In this document: positions 1 to 12,856 of the stretch, piece by piece
Position numbering within the stretch: the stretch's first letter is position 1
Layout: each line of letters begins with the position of its first letter
Assembly: GCA_028023455.1 (NCBI GenBank)
Contig: JAQFVV010000005.1
Location: forward strand, 7,068,001-7,132,000
Source of the DNA: Epiperipatus broadwayi
Lineage: Eukaryota; Animalia; Onychophora
Direction: 5' to 3'
Length of the DNA: 64,000 bases
Notes under the pieces: generated by a model
What the model saw: the letters and a program-made list of their open reading frames with translations, nothing else
Databases searched by the model: none
What the model was told of the DNA's origin: nothing
Made by a program: the position numbers and the translations under genes

Positions 1-1383
1 GCCTTGTTCTCTGATCTATGCATTTCATTTTTGATCCCTCTGTATTATTCCTAACATATATCTCTCCATATAATATTGAATAATTGTCCATATCTCAGAA
101 TCATCTATAACAAACTTATTGTGAATACATAGACATATTTTTAACAAAGGCACTCCATTTAAGTACAATAGAAAAATTAATTTCATCCATTATGTTTTCA
201 TTTGTTTTAATAATCTGCCCAGGGTATTCATCATTGTCAACTTCTGGTTTATGATTATTAATTTTATATACTTATTTTTTTTAGAAAATTCAGTGAATAT
301 TATTTTAGTATTTCTTACTATCATATGATAATTCTTGCACCCTTTTCTTAAGTTCTGAAGCATTATTTGCAAAAAGAATTTTATTATCTCCAAAGTGTAG
401 ATAATTTAAATAATCTCTGTTTACTTTTATTCCCTTCACTTCCCATTTTTAATTCAAATTCTTATAGTAACATAGCTGTAAAAAGCTTTGGAAATATAAA
501 ATCACCATTTCATACACTTTTCAATATTAATTAAACTAGGCTCACCATGTCTAAGCACTGCTATGTTACTTTGATAAATGACAATATCTCTAATCTCTAT
601 TTTCATTATGCGCTATTTTAGACACTGTGGAAATGCATATAAAATCACATGGATTTTTCATAATCTACAAATCCAAGGTATGGAAAGTCATATTCATTGA
701 TCCTTTCTATAACTTCCCTTATTATTTAGATGTAAACTACAGGATTAAAGTCCCAATTAAATCCAGCTTATTCTTGTGGTTAGATTGAATCCAAAGTGCA
801 AAATGGTGAGGAATTTCAAAGACCTGAAAACTATAGGAGATACTTTTTTTAAAATTACTATTTAATTCTTTGTAGAACTTTTTTACCCATTTCATCATGT
901 CGTCTTTGTTTTGGTAATATTATCTTTTCATTATTTGCAAAAATAGTTTTCTTTTCCAAAATGAAGTTGTTTCCACTTTTGAGATTTTTATTCTTTTTTA
1001 TAAATTTCTTTAAACCAATTCATAATTATATTTTCTAATATCATTATTAAATCTTTTTCACACCATTTTGCAAAACTAGATATTCAATCTTTAATGTATC
1101 ATTTAAAAAAAATTCCATATAATTTTTTCTCCATACAGTCTCTTATTTCAGTAAAAATTCACCAGTAAATTGTTGTTTTTGCATTAGCTATTTTTCTTAA
1201 AAGTTTTTAATAGTTTATCAGTTATCTTCATACTGATTTCATTCAAGTCAAACCAATTTTCAAAATATATATATTTAACATGTAGGGCATATGAGCACAG
1301 ACTTTCACACGACCCACCACTCTCCACACCATCTCATAACACTGATACACTTGAACACATATATATTGAAAAGATAAATAATC

Positions 1384-1427
1384 ACCAATATATGTATTTC
1401 ATGCTAAACCAGCAATCATCAGTTGGT
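1384..1427 (-). ncRNA. Minimal type-I hammerhead ribozyme-like motif (mirror arm)
   Basis: Minus strand reads ACCAA-CUGAUGA-U-UGCU/gguuu/AGCA-U-GAAA-U(ACAU)A-UA-UUGGU. Confidence 0.55.
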
Positions 1428-1638
1428 CCAGATTACCATCTCCACACATATATGCTATAAGTGCTCAGATATATATTAAGATAGCCAAACCTTATACTTT
1501 AATGGACAGGCTTCAATCTACTCCACACTCCAACTCTTCAACTGTCCATCCAATTGAAAATCTGATGATGGAACCCTCAAAGACCACCCTGAGGCCGAGA
1601 TTCTTGTCACACCTATGTTGACCTAGATGGTAATCTGG

Positions 1639-1682
1639 ACCAGCTGATGATTGCTGGTTTAGCAGGAAATATGTATATTGGT
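1639..1682 (+). ncRNA. Minimal type-I hammerhead ribozyme-like motif
   Basis: ACCAG-CUGAUGA-U-UGCU/gguuu/AGCA-G-GAAA-U(AUGU)A-UA-UUGGU: stem I ACCAG/UUGGU, stem II UGCU/AGCA, conserved CUGANGA and GAAA core. Confidence 0.55.
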
Positions 1683-2104
1683 GATTATTTATATTTTCAA
1701 CATATATGTGTTCAAGTGTATCAGTGCTATGAAATGGTGTGGAGAGTGGTGGGTCGAGTGAAAGTCTGTGCTCATATATCCTACATATTACATATATAAA
1801 CACAGGTATATAATAAGCCTGTGTATTTCAGTTATTTCAAAATATATATATTAAAAAATTTAATTGGTTTATAGCTCATAATTTTAATTTATTTGAATGT
1901 TTCTGAAAATCAGATAATAATACTGTTTTTCCAATAATTTTTATCTTTCTAGTTAGGATTTCTGTGCTGGATCTATTAAGAGTATTACAATCATAAAGTT
2001 CATATTTTTTGTTATCAAAATATAATCCAATTTTGCTGTTTCTTCATTTGAATGCTGCCATATCCAATTTTATTCAGCATTTTTCTCAAAAATAAATCCA
2101 TAAT

Positions 2105-3137
2105 TGTAGTGTTTTGTAAAAATGGCAGACATGTTTGTGCACTCCGGAAAAACTAGAATTTATTTGAGAGGTTGTTTTTAGATCGCACTCTGATAACTGA
2201 GGAATTTAATTAAGGCATTGACGTAATGGCGATCGACAATTCCAAGAAATATTTGCTGATTGCAAATATTTCTGGATAAGAGACCATACCTTATTGGACA
2301 ATGAATTGATTGTTGCTATTATCAGAAAGCGATAAGAAGACTGGGTAAGAACTACGCAGTATTGGAGTAGCGGACAGTATTGAGTGCATCTACAGTAGAG
2401 TTACTGATCAATTCCAGTAGGAGATATCTAGCATCAGCACTTGCGGTTAATGTCCAGCACCAGTGGAAATGTAGTTCACGGGTATAGCTGAGGTATAGCT
2501 GAAGGAGACCACAGCCTGAGGAAACCGTCTGGATAGCAGTTGAATAAAGAGTTGAGTTTCCAGCAGTTTTCAAGTGAAGTAGACTGTTGCAGAGACGGAA
2601 GCTGTAAGGAGCTTAAGGTCAGTCGCAGTGCTTACTAAGAAGATTTTGTGTACAGCTAAACTGGACTGGGGCGAAGGTATGCCCATTGTGAACCGTTTTT
2701 GTAGCAGCCAGCCTGAAAGAACATCGAGGGAATTGAACTTTAGCGAACTGTAGAAATAGACTCATTGCAGACCATTCGCTGGAGAGCATCCATTTGCAGA
2801 GCATCCGTTGCAGAGCATTCGGTGCAGACCATTCGTTGGAGAGCATTCGTTGCAGACCATTCGTTGGAGAGCATCCGTTGCAGAGCATTCGGTGCAGACC
2901 ATTTGTTGGAGAGCATCCATGGCAGAGCATTCATTGCAGACCATTCATTGGAGAGCATCTGTTGCAGAGAATACAGAGTGTATTCAGAGCATTCGTTGCA
3001 GACCATTCGTTGGAGAGCATCTGCCGCAGAGCATTCGTTGCAAAAGAACATCGTGGGAATTGAACATAGTTATTTGCTGACCGCACAGTCATACTTGCAG
3101 ATATAACATTGGCACAGTTAGACTGGTGGATACAACA
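2105..3137. mobile_element. Solo LTR (~1033 bp)
   Basis: Begins TGT and ends ACA, flanked by the 5-bp TSD ATAAT (2100-2104, 3138-3142). GC-richer than the flanks, AATAAA near 2544. The site is empty in the duplicate (~29690). Confidence 0.8.
2766..3042 (+). repeat. 14-bp minisatellite (~19-20 units; variants TGCAGACCATTCGT / TGGAGAGCATCCGT / TGCAGAGCATTCGT)
   Basis: Direct tandem repeat with recurring 2-3-unit higher-order patterns, bracketed by 23-bp direct repeats at 2716-2738 and 3043-3065. Confidence 0.95.
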
Positions 3138-4849
3138 ATAATGTATAATTGTTTTGCAAGCTCCACAAGTCTGTTTCCTTTTCACTTCAATTGCCATAAC
3201 TAAATTTATCCACGACACTTTCATCTATCAATAGTTTACCAATTTTGGCATTAAATTCTCTCATCATATTTTTTTCAAATGTTTAGTCTGATCAAATGCA
3301 CTTTGCACATTTACCGAAATATTGTCCACGTCTTCATTACAATGAGAACTTGTTTCAGGAATAAACGGAATTATCTGCATTTAGTATTTTTCATTAATTC
3401 GAATATGTAATCTTCCTACTGTTTCATATATCACCAATCGCCATATATACTGTTATTCCATTTTTTTATTGTAAAGAATCCCATTTCTCTTGTTTCCTAT
3501 ATTTGTCATTTGTAATAAAATATGCAGTTATTAAATCAATGGTGTCTTCAAACGTCAAATAACAAGAAAATTTCAATTAATATTAGATAGTTTTCCCAAT
3601 TTATGCAATCTTCTTTTACTTAAAAGTGTAAGTTTATTATTCATTGTTAGCCTGGGTCCACAATCGAAAGATTCTACTACTCCTGCCTTCAGCAGCCAAT
3701 CTCAGACTTGCCTGGTGACTTTATATCTTCCTGCGAATAAGGATCATCATTTCGTTTTGTTTTTTTATGATTATAAATATCTATTTCAAAATATTCATTC
3801 ACACTCACATTTCATCCTGACTTCAGGACTCTCAACTCATATTTCACCTACAGAACTATCAGGCAAACTGAAAAGAAAAACCATTGGTGTTATTATGAAT
3901 AATTTACAGCAATAATCGGTGCAACATCAAGAACGAATTGGAAGGAGAGAATATTTAGGACTAAATCTTGCTTGATATTTTATAGCCTCAAAAAAAAAAA
4001 ACAAATCAAAGTTTCCTCTTTCAATTAATAGCAAACCTTTTCTGTAGCCTAGATTAATATATTGTTTACGATTTATGTTTTATATTTTTGTTCATTTAAC
4101 ATTTTGGTGTTTGTTTATTTTTCAAATTTTGCTTTACACAACTATCTAATAATTCTGATTTAGCCACAAGAGGGCAAGATATATTCGCCAATAAAAAAAA
4201 ATGTGATTACGTTTACAATGTAAATTTCTGTCTAAGCTTGAAATAAATAATTTTTCTTATTGAGATAAAGTTTTAATATTCCGTTATATTTTTCTAGAGA
4301 TAAACTATTATTTACCCCTTTTATATATGTTTGCGTCATTTTCTTTAAATTTTTATTTCTAAATATATCTCAACAACAACCGGAGCTTAGTTTTAGGTAG
4401 GCCTTCTATTAAATTTACAAAAGAAATAATTGAAATTATTATTATATGATAAATAAATAATACTTCTGTTAATATATAACATAACAATTGATGAATTGTT
4501 ATATTATGTTTATTTTTTTCAAATAGCTTTTTTAAGATTAATATATTAAAAAGTCTGTAATTTTGTGGATTTTTATTTTTAAACACTAGATCATCGCATT
4601 AAATATAATTTTATCTAAGCCTTTAAACTGAAATGTAATTGATTTTCTGAAAATAATGAATTTTTATTGCGCTAGTTGGATATCTTTTTCGATTCATTAA
4701 TTACAGTAGTTTATAGTCATATACTTTAGTTTATACTGGACTTAGGAGTAAATTATAATTGTATACAACGTGATTAAGTGCGCTACTTCAAATATCAAGC
4801 TTAAGGAATACTGTTCGTTTTAATGCTAATATATATAGTATTCAGAAAT

Positions 4850-7800
4850 TGAACTATTTGCACGCTCTTATATGTATTTTATAAAATAAAGAATATTTAA
4901 ATTTGTAAATGTTATTGTTTTCGTCACAAACTGGTGCACTAGAAAAATTTCTTGTAAAAAGAAAATGAATAGTAAAATATGCTGAAACCAAAAAAATGAA
5001 CCGAGTCAATTGCAAGTGAGCTATGAGTTGAAAAGCACTGTCAAGTTTGGAGTAATGAAGTTCTCTCAAAAGGAGACGAAGGGAGCGCTAAATTAAAGCC
5101 ATATTTTCGTTCCTAAATATGTTTAATTAAAGTGAAATAAGACATTGTCTTTAATGGAAAATAACTAGGAGTCGAGAATACTTACTTAAGTTATAGACTT
5201 GAATGTAAAAGAATTAAGGAAACTCAAATTATCAGTCTGTAATTATATAAGCAGTATGTGAGAATGAAGTATTTCCACACATCATATTAGTAATTCTGGT
5301 CCCAAACTTTAGGGTTAACTATTATTATTTATTGACATTAATATTTATCAGCATGGATGAATAAACTTGCTGAGTTATAAAAGTTGTTTTGTGTTATTTT
5401 ATTTTGATCTGACACAATTGGTAATATTAAAAATACTCTTGTTTACACACCAGAATGGTGCAGTCAACAGTTGAACCTGTTTTTGCAGACACAATGATAG
5501 AGTAGTGCAGAGAAATGTGGCACATATAATGATGGCATTACTGACGTGTGGAATTTATAGAGTTATATGTGTACTAATAAATAAAATTGAAGATAAAGTC
5601 AAAACTTCCCCCATATTTTTTTTTGCTGTAACAAGGTTCTGCTGATAATGAAACAATTGTGACCTGAACACATCAAAGAATATACTGTATAAAGAGATAA
5701 TGGAAATTCTAAACATATGTTTTCAACTAACACTGTTGAAATGGGTGACCCACTTACACTTAGAAAGAGGAAGCAATTACCTTGTAAGCATTACTATGAA
5801 TATAACTTTGCATTAAGAACATTCTCTAAACAATGTAGATTTATGGCTGACCTGAATATGCTATTTGATCAATTGCTTTATAGGATGTAAGTTCGCAGCC
5901 TTAACAAAAATTTGTTAAGTAAAGTGGATTTGACATATAAGTTGAGGATTGGAAAATGCATTACTGCATGAGATGGTATTAGAAAATGTGTGGAATGATT
6001 AAGGGACTTACAAAAGTTCATATGTTAATGTTGTGGAATAAAATGACACACAAAACATAGTGGAAGTTTAAAAAGGAACAATTCCACATATATTACATCA
6101 AGTCTGTAGAATGAAGTATAATATTAATAAAAGCCATACCATGCCTGAACATTTAATCAGAGTGAGATGCAGCTTGGAAAAAAATAAATATAAAAACAAT
6201 TAGAGATACAGGTAATGGCCGGATTACACTTTACTTGACCACCTGTGATAACAAAATTAGCATGGAAGTTGTGCAGGGCCGTCTGTACTATTCCTTAGAG
6301 AATGGAAGAAAAGTAACCCCAAAAACAAGCATAGAGGGAAACTGGAAAAAATGTTCTAACTACAGACATCAACGGCAATAAAATACTTATGCAAAAAATA
6401 TTATGTCTAGTAAAAATTAATAGTAAACTGAAATTATTACCATTATCTATTGTGAATAGAAACATAAACATATTGTTAGGTCAAAAGTAGTTCAAATCTC
6501 TAAAAAGAGCATTGCAAACTGAGGGGAGGAATCTGGCCAATAGGCTTTAAAATAATGCCAGAAAATGGAATTTTAAAGCCCTGGCAGTGGAGTGGTTTGG
6601 AAGGTAAACCCAAGAAAATATAATTGTGGACAAAGGCTAAGAGCACATGGCGACATATTTATTTAGATTTTGCCAGTCTAATGAATTGATATTTATGTTT
6701 CGTTATAATGAATTTGTATTCTCAGATTGAGTACAAGCTCATAAAAATTATTAATATAGATTGTGCCATAAAAGCCCTTCAATAATTAGTTACCACTTGT
6801 AGGTATCCTGAAATTCTAGTATCAGACATTGGAACAGGATTTACTTGCACTGTTTTTGAAAAATATATACCAGATAAAGGGATACGATGCATATTAATTC
6901 TGCCCTCTCATCCAGCATCAATTGGAATGGTCGAAAAGGTAGTTCATTGCATAAAGTCTGCCTTAAAGAAAATGTTAGTTATAGATATGAAGGAGGCTTT
7001 GGTAGAAGTCATGTTTTAGCAGTACTTTACTCCAAATACATCTAACAATAAAATGCTAGCAAAGAGCAAAAAAGTTGCAAGCATTTATCTAAGCTGTTAC
7101 CAATTCAGAAAAAAGGATTTTTCTAGAAGAAAACTAATGCAAACGTAGGAACATTTATAAAGCACAAAATTGTATGGGTTAGAGATCCAATAAAAAAAGA
7201 TATCGATTTCCGTACCGTTGTGGGAGTTGTATCTGAAGTTATCGGAGTTACTAAGTATGAGAATGGTTTGTGTGTTAGCAGATATATAAATCACCTATAT
7301 ACTCATTGGTGTGATTTATTGAATGAAAGTGATAATGGATGTGCACTAGCTAATATTAACTTGGAATCTCGGATAAGCAAAGACTGTGAGGATACCTCCT
7401 CAATTATGTAATATAAGGAACTGTTTGTTGACAAGAATATTGATGCCAATAACAATAGATCAAGCGAGGATTTGCTGATTTAAGTGATTATAATCTTTCA
7501 TCAAGATCAGTAAATCAACCAGAGTTAAGTACAGATCATGATGAGAAAAGATTCATATCGGCTTCTATGCATCACAGAAACCACTGAAAATCTCAGAAGT
7601 TTAATGATTATTTTCGAGAGTGAAAGGGAATTGTGGACTGTTTGTACACACATGTAGATTATAACATAATAGTAATATTCAAGTTTGTAAAATACATGCA
7701 AGCAATACCCTTATCATTGCTTTACTTGCAAATTGGAGCATTCTAGAAAATTTGCCTATCAAAGAAAATGAATGGTAAATTATGCTAATTAGCAAAACTA

Positions 7801-8315
7801 AAAAAAAGATGAACTGAGTCAGTTGCAAGTAAGCATGTGAATTGAAAATAAGTGTCAAGTTGGGAGTAATGAAGTTTTCATGAGAGGAGAAAAAGACTGC
7901 TAAGTTAAAACCATATTTTTGTTTTTAAATACTTTGAAAGTGAAAAACAAAATGATAGACTAAAGTGAAATAAGTCACTGTCTATTAATTGTCTTTAATG
8001 GAAAGTAGCTTCAAATCAAAGATACCTAAGTTATGGATTTCAGTGTATATGAATTAAGGAATCTAATTAATGATCAGTAGTATCTATGTGCAAGAGTGCA
8101 ATATTCTCACATACACATATGTTAGTAATTCTAGTCCCAAAGTTTAGGCCTAACCATTATTCTATCTATTATTATTTTATTTATTATTTACATTAGTATT
8201 AATATTAACATTCACCAGCAAAGATAAATAAATTTGATATGTTATAAAAGTTTTGTGTTGTTATTACATTTTGATGCTAAACATGGCTGGGAATATTAAG
8301 AATAGCCTGTGTACA
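4850..8315 (+). mobile_element. Decayed, internally deleted Ty3/Gypsy LTR retrotransposon
   Basis: Diverged direct repeats at ~4850-5449 and ~7632-8315 (LTRs). Purine tract GAGAGTGAAAGGGAA (7616-7630) precedes TG at 7632. An integrase relic lies between the LTRs. Confidence 0.6.
6580..6980 (+). pseudogene. Gypsy integrase core relic
   Basis: Broken-frame translation gives ..LDFA.., YPEILVSDIGTGFT..FEKY..DKGIR..LILPSHPASIGMVEKVV..IKSALKKM, matching the retroviral-type DDE integrase core. Confidence 0.75.
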
Positions 8316-9650
8316 TTGCAGAAGTGTTTGTCAACTGTAAATTATTGATAAAAATAAAAATTTTTTGAAGTATTGGCGTATTGTTAGTAAATGGCTACCT
8401 TGATTTTTTAATTTTGTATTAAAAATTATTGCGTTTGTAGTTTTCGCATTGATGTAAACTCCATATACGCTGATAGATTATTCTTGTATAATATTATTAA
8501 AATACATTATTAATTATTTGTTATAAAAGAGTGACTGTTGCAATTTTGTTTTCATTTGAAATTAAACTATTGTTTTAAAACAAAGTCGGTATTAATTTTT
8601 GGAATAATTTTTTATGTGTTCAATTTATAAGTCACTTAATGTTAATTAAATAAATATAAAAAAATTTTATTATTCATATTCTTTAAGATGCTTTAAGACT
8701 GCATGAAATAGAAGTTTTTAATTTAACTTATTAAAGTAGATTTTGTATATGTATTTTTCAATAATAAATTTGTGTTTAGAGTCTATATGAATTTTAAGTG
8801 TTTTTTGAGTTAATTACCAAAAGTAGTAGTAATGGATATGTATTATTTTTAAGCTTTTGGAAGACTGCAATAATTTAATATTCTGCTTTACCAGGAGGAA
8901 TGTGTTCTTTTGTTTTTTCAATAATAAATTTGTTATTTATTAATTATTCTATATTTTTAGATGTATATTATGTGAATTACTTAGTAAATGAGTTCTGAAT
9001 AATTATTGTTTCAAAATTTTTTTTAATCTTTTAACATTTCAATGTTTTATTTAATTAATTAATAGTATCCTTGTTTTATGTAGTGAGTTTAATGTTTTAA
9101 TAGATGTTTGTATTATATACTTATTAACTTGCTCAATTATTTTATAAATATTTCCAAATTGTTAATCTTCAACACAACTCTAGGAGACAATTTTGGAATT
9201 AATGTCAATTTTGTACTCTCATTACTTTATCTTCTATATTCCAAAACCTCTGCTTTTTTTGCCTACTAATTTGTTTTTTAGGAAGAAATTCTATAATTAA
9301 ATGCGGGTGACAGACAGCATGTTGTTACTATATTATATATATTTTTTCATTTGTGCTGTATATACAAATTAGTCATTTTTTCACTTTACTTTTTAGTGTG
9401 TGTGATTTTCATTTATATATCTTGAAAATATATTTTATTGTGTGTTTTTTTTAATTTTTGCAAAATTATTTAACATTATGTTACTGGTATATGATATTAA
9501 AAAAATTTATAAATTTAATTTTTTATCTTGGAAAATTAAGTATACATTTTTAGAAGCTTTGTTTGCAAAAACTTATGAAGTTAATGATTGTAAGACAATA
9601 GTTCAACTATATATAAGATCTTTTTAAATATATTTTTCTATATAATAAAA

Positions 9651-9818
9651 GGCTGCAGAAAGGAGTTTGCTATTAACTGAAAGGAGACCCTTTGATTCCT
9701 TTTGGAGGCCTTAAAGGAACCGAGCAGGGCAAATTCCTAATGTCCACTCCATACATTCTTGTCGTTGCAGCTGTTATTACTATGTGATTATTCATATAGT
9801 ATACGAACATGAATGGGC
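9651..9818 (+). ncRNA. HDV-like (CPEB3-type) self-cleaving ribozyme at the RTE 5' end
   Basis: P1 GGCUGCA(9651-57)/UGCAGCU(9766-72) with G1.U wobble; J1/2 insert closed by AGGAGUUUGC/GCAAAUUCCU; P3 ACA/CGU; L3 UUCUUGU; GU after P1'; P4 UACUAUGUGA/UCAUAUAGUA; J4/2 CGAA (9804-07); P2 GUCCACUCCAU with AUGAAUGGGC. Confidence 0.75.
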
Positions 9819-9904
9819 TGTTCACCAACACGCATTAGCCAGCATGGTGAGTTTATTGGCTTTTTACCTCCGAGTTTAAGAATATTTTTTCAATATATAC
9901 AATC

Positions 9905-12856
9905 ATGACAGACAAAAATAAATCATGGCCCTTATTCCCAGGAGGCTGTAAAGTCACCAACCAAGGCAGTGGTTGGTGGCGGAAGGCGGAGGGTGCTAAG
10001 AATCCCCTGATTGCAGACTCAGGCTGCCATTTGATGACGACTTTTTATTTAGGTACTTACAACTGCAGATCACTTTCAAGTGAAGGAAGATTGCAAGAGT
10101 TAGAAGAAGAACTGTCTTATATTAAATGGGACATTATTGGACTTTGTGAAGTTAGAAGAAAAGGTGAAGAAACAATTGATTTAAAAAGTGGACATATACT
10201 CTACTATAAAGGCACAAATATTGGAAATACAAGTGGAGTAGGATTCATTATAAATAAAAAATGGAAGAATAACATTGTGGAGATTGATGGTGTATCAGAC
10301 AGAGTGGCAAGATTAGTTTTACAACTTAATAGCAGATACCAAATGCAGATAATTCAGGTTTATGCCCCAACAAGTTCTCATAGTGATGAAGTTATAGAAG
10401 ATTTTTATATGGATGTACAAAAGGCTTTTGATCAGAGTAAACAACATTTTAAAATTGTTATGGGAGACTTTAATGCTAGAATTGGTAAACAAATGAAAGA
10501 TGAAAATGCTGTAGGTAGTTTTGGTTATGGTAATAGAAATGAGAGAGGACATAGACTTGTGGAGTTTGCAGAAAAAGAAAAACTTTATATTATGAATTCT
10601 TTTTTTGAGAAAAATGTTAAAAGGAAATGGACATGGAAGCATCCAAATGAAGGAACAGCAGAATTGGATTATATTTTGACTAACAGAACATACATATTTC
10701 AAGATTGTAATGTTCTTAATAAATTTAACACAGGAAGTGATCACCGATTAGTAAGATGTAAGATACATGTTAATGCAAAACTAGAGAGACAAAAATTATT
10801 AAGAAAAACAATATTTACAGTTGATATTCTTAATCTCTCAGAAACATTCTAATGAATTTAAATTAGAACTTACAAATCGGTTTCAAGTATTAGTAGATTT
10901 TGAACATGATTCAGATTTGAATGACATTAATAGGAAAATAAGCAATACACTTTTAAAAACTGCAACAAAGATAGCTGGTAGAAAAAAGCAGCAATTGACC
11001 AGTAAAATTTCTACTGAGACTAGAGAATTTATGAAGAAAAGAAGGAATATGAGGATATACAACAATGATGCATTAAAAAAGATTGAATATCTTGAATTTT
11101 GTAAAAATTGTGCAGAAAAGAATTGAAAATGATATAAGAAAGTATAATTGTGAACTAGCAAGGAAAGCTGTAGAAGAGAATAAAAGTCTAAAGAGTGTAA
11201 AACAACATTTTGGTATTGGTAGGAAATTTATATCTGCAATAAGAAAAAAAGATGGCATTATTACTAAAAAGAGAGATGACATCATAAAATGTGTAGAAGA
11301 CTTCTATCAAGAATTATATAGTAATAAAGAACAAGTGCCTCCTATACATATTATATCTTCCGAATTGCCCAGAATTTTGAATGAGGAAGTGAGACATGCA
11401 ATTAAATTTATGAAGAAAGGGAAGGCTCCAGGTAATGATGGAATTGTAATTGATATATTAAAAGAAGCAGGTGAAGAAATAGAAAAAATTTTAGCAAAGT
11501 TATATACCAAATGTCTAAATGATAAAGATGTACCAGATGATTGGAAGAATGCAGTATTAATATTAATATTTAAAAAAGGTGATAAAGAAGATATTAGAAA
11601 TTACAGACCTATCAGTCTTTTATCAGTTTTATACAAAATTTTTACTAAGATAATTACAACTCGTCTACAGAAAACACTGGATTTCCACCAACCAAGAGAA
11701 CAAGCTGGATTTAAAAGTGGTTTTAGTACAGTAGATCATATCCAGGTATTGAGAGAAATTATAGAAAGGACAAATGAATATGAGTTGCCATTATGCTTAG
11801 GATTTGTAGACTATGAAAAGGCATTTGATTCTATAAACATTTCTTCAGTGATTAAAGCATTGGGTCATCAAGGTGTAGATCCAGGATATTGTCATATTTT
11901 GAAGAATATTTATAAAAATGCAACAGCAACAATTAGATTACATAATGATAGTAGGAAAATCAACATTGAAAAGGGTGTAAGACAGGGTGACTCCATATCT
12001 CCAAAACTTTTTACAGCAGTGCTGCAAGAAGTATTTTGTGGATTAAAATGGGAAGCTAAAGGAGTGAAAGTAAATGGAGATTATTTAAGTCATTTAGATT
12101 TTGCAGATGATGTAGTTGTTTTTGCAAATAATGCTTTAGAGCTACAGGAAATGTTGCAGGAGTTATCAGATGAAAGTAGGACTAAAGATAAATGTTAAAA
12201 AGACTAAAGTAATGTTTAATAGATTTTCTCAAAATATGAAAATAAAGATTGATTATGATGAGTTAGAAGAAGTTAACAGTTACAAATACCTTGGTCAGAT
12301 TATTAATACAGATGGAAATATAATGGATGAAATTAATCATAGAATTAAACTTGGTTGGAGTGCTTTTGGTAGAAATAACTTGATACTAAAAGGAAATATG
12401 CCTATGTGTTTGAAAAGGAAGGTTTTTAATAAATGTGTTTTGCCAGTTCTTACTTATGGATCTGAGACTTGGACACTTAATAGAAGAGCAATACAGAGAC
12501 TTCAGACCACTCAAAGAAGTATGGAGAGATGCATGTTGGGAGTAACAAGAAGGGATCGAAAACACAATGTATGGGTAAGAGAACAAACAGGTGTTACTGA
12601 CCTCATTGAAAAAATTAAAAGACTGAAGTGGAGTTGGGCTGGGCATATTGTTAGAAGAGATGATAACAGATGGACAATTGAAATTTTAAACTGGATTCCA
12701 AGAGATTGTAAAAGGCCCAGAAAGAGACCATATGTGAGATGGATGGATGAAATAAGAAAGTGTGCAGGGGTGATGTGGAGAAGAGAAGCTAAAGGTAGGA
12801 AAAGATGGATTGAACTTGGAGAGACCTTCATCCTGCAGTGGATTGATAATGGATGA
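9905..12856 (+). pseudogene. RTE ORF: APE endonuclease + reverse transcriptase, split by three frameshifts
   Basis: ORF pieces 9905-10852 (GTYNCRSL, GLCEVRR, MGDFNARIG, LDYIL, SDHRLV = APE), 10821-11126, 11083-12198 (YRPISLL, DYEKAFDS, GVRQGDSISP, FADD = RT) and 12170-12856 (YKYLG, LTYGSETW, WSWAGHIVRR). Confidence 0.95.

Larger units (their letters stand above)
1276..1834. mobile_element. Fold-back miniature Penelope-like insertion (~162-bp inverted arms, 18-bp TSD)
   Basis: Inverted arms at 1280-1441 and 1625-1786. TTTCAAAATATATATATT is repeated directly at 1258-1275 and 1835-1852. The insertion is absent from the duplicated copy (~29390). Each arm carries a hammerhead-like core. Confidence 0.75.
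1..3790 (-). mobile_element. Old, heavily decayed RTE-clade LINE (APE + RT relic), interrupted by two younger insertions; runs off the window start
   Basis: The reverse complement aligns by eye to the young RTE: 3660-3760 to its 5' ORF start (~9910-10010), 1130-1260 to ~10900-11050, and 1-520 to ~11990-12590. No long ORF remains. Confidence 0.8.

Noticed and set aside
1562-1610. Third hammerhead in the spacer of the 1276 element (CTGATGATGG...CCGAGA...GTC)
   Set aside because: GAAA is altered and no stem I pairing was found.
2716-3065. CRISPR-like repeat array
   Set aside because: Units are contiguous with no unique spacers, there are no cas genes, and the context is eukaryotic.
2619-3106. 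Six overlapping ORFs on both strands
   Set aside because: By-products of the stop-poor 14-bp minisatellite; the peptides are repetitive with no domain.
10840-12200. Programmed ribosomal frameshifting in the RTE
   Set aside because: RTEs normally have one ORF; three unrelated small indels are better explained by mutation or assembly error.
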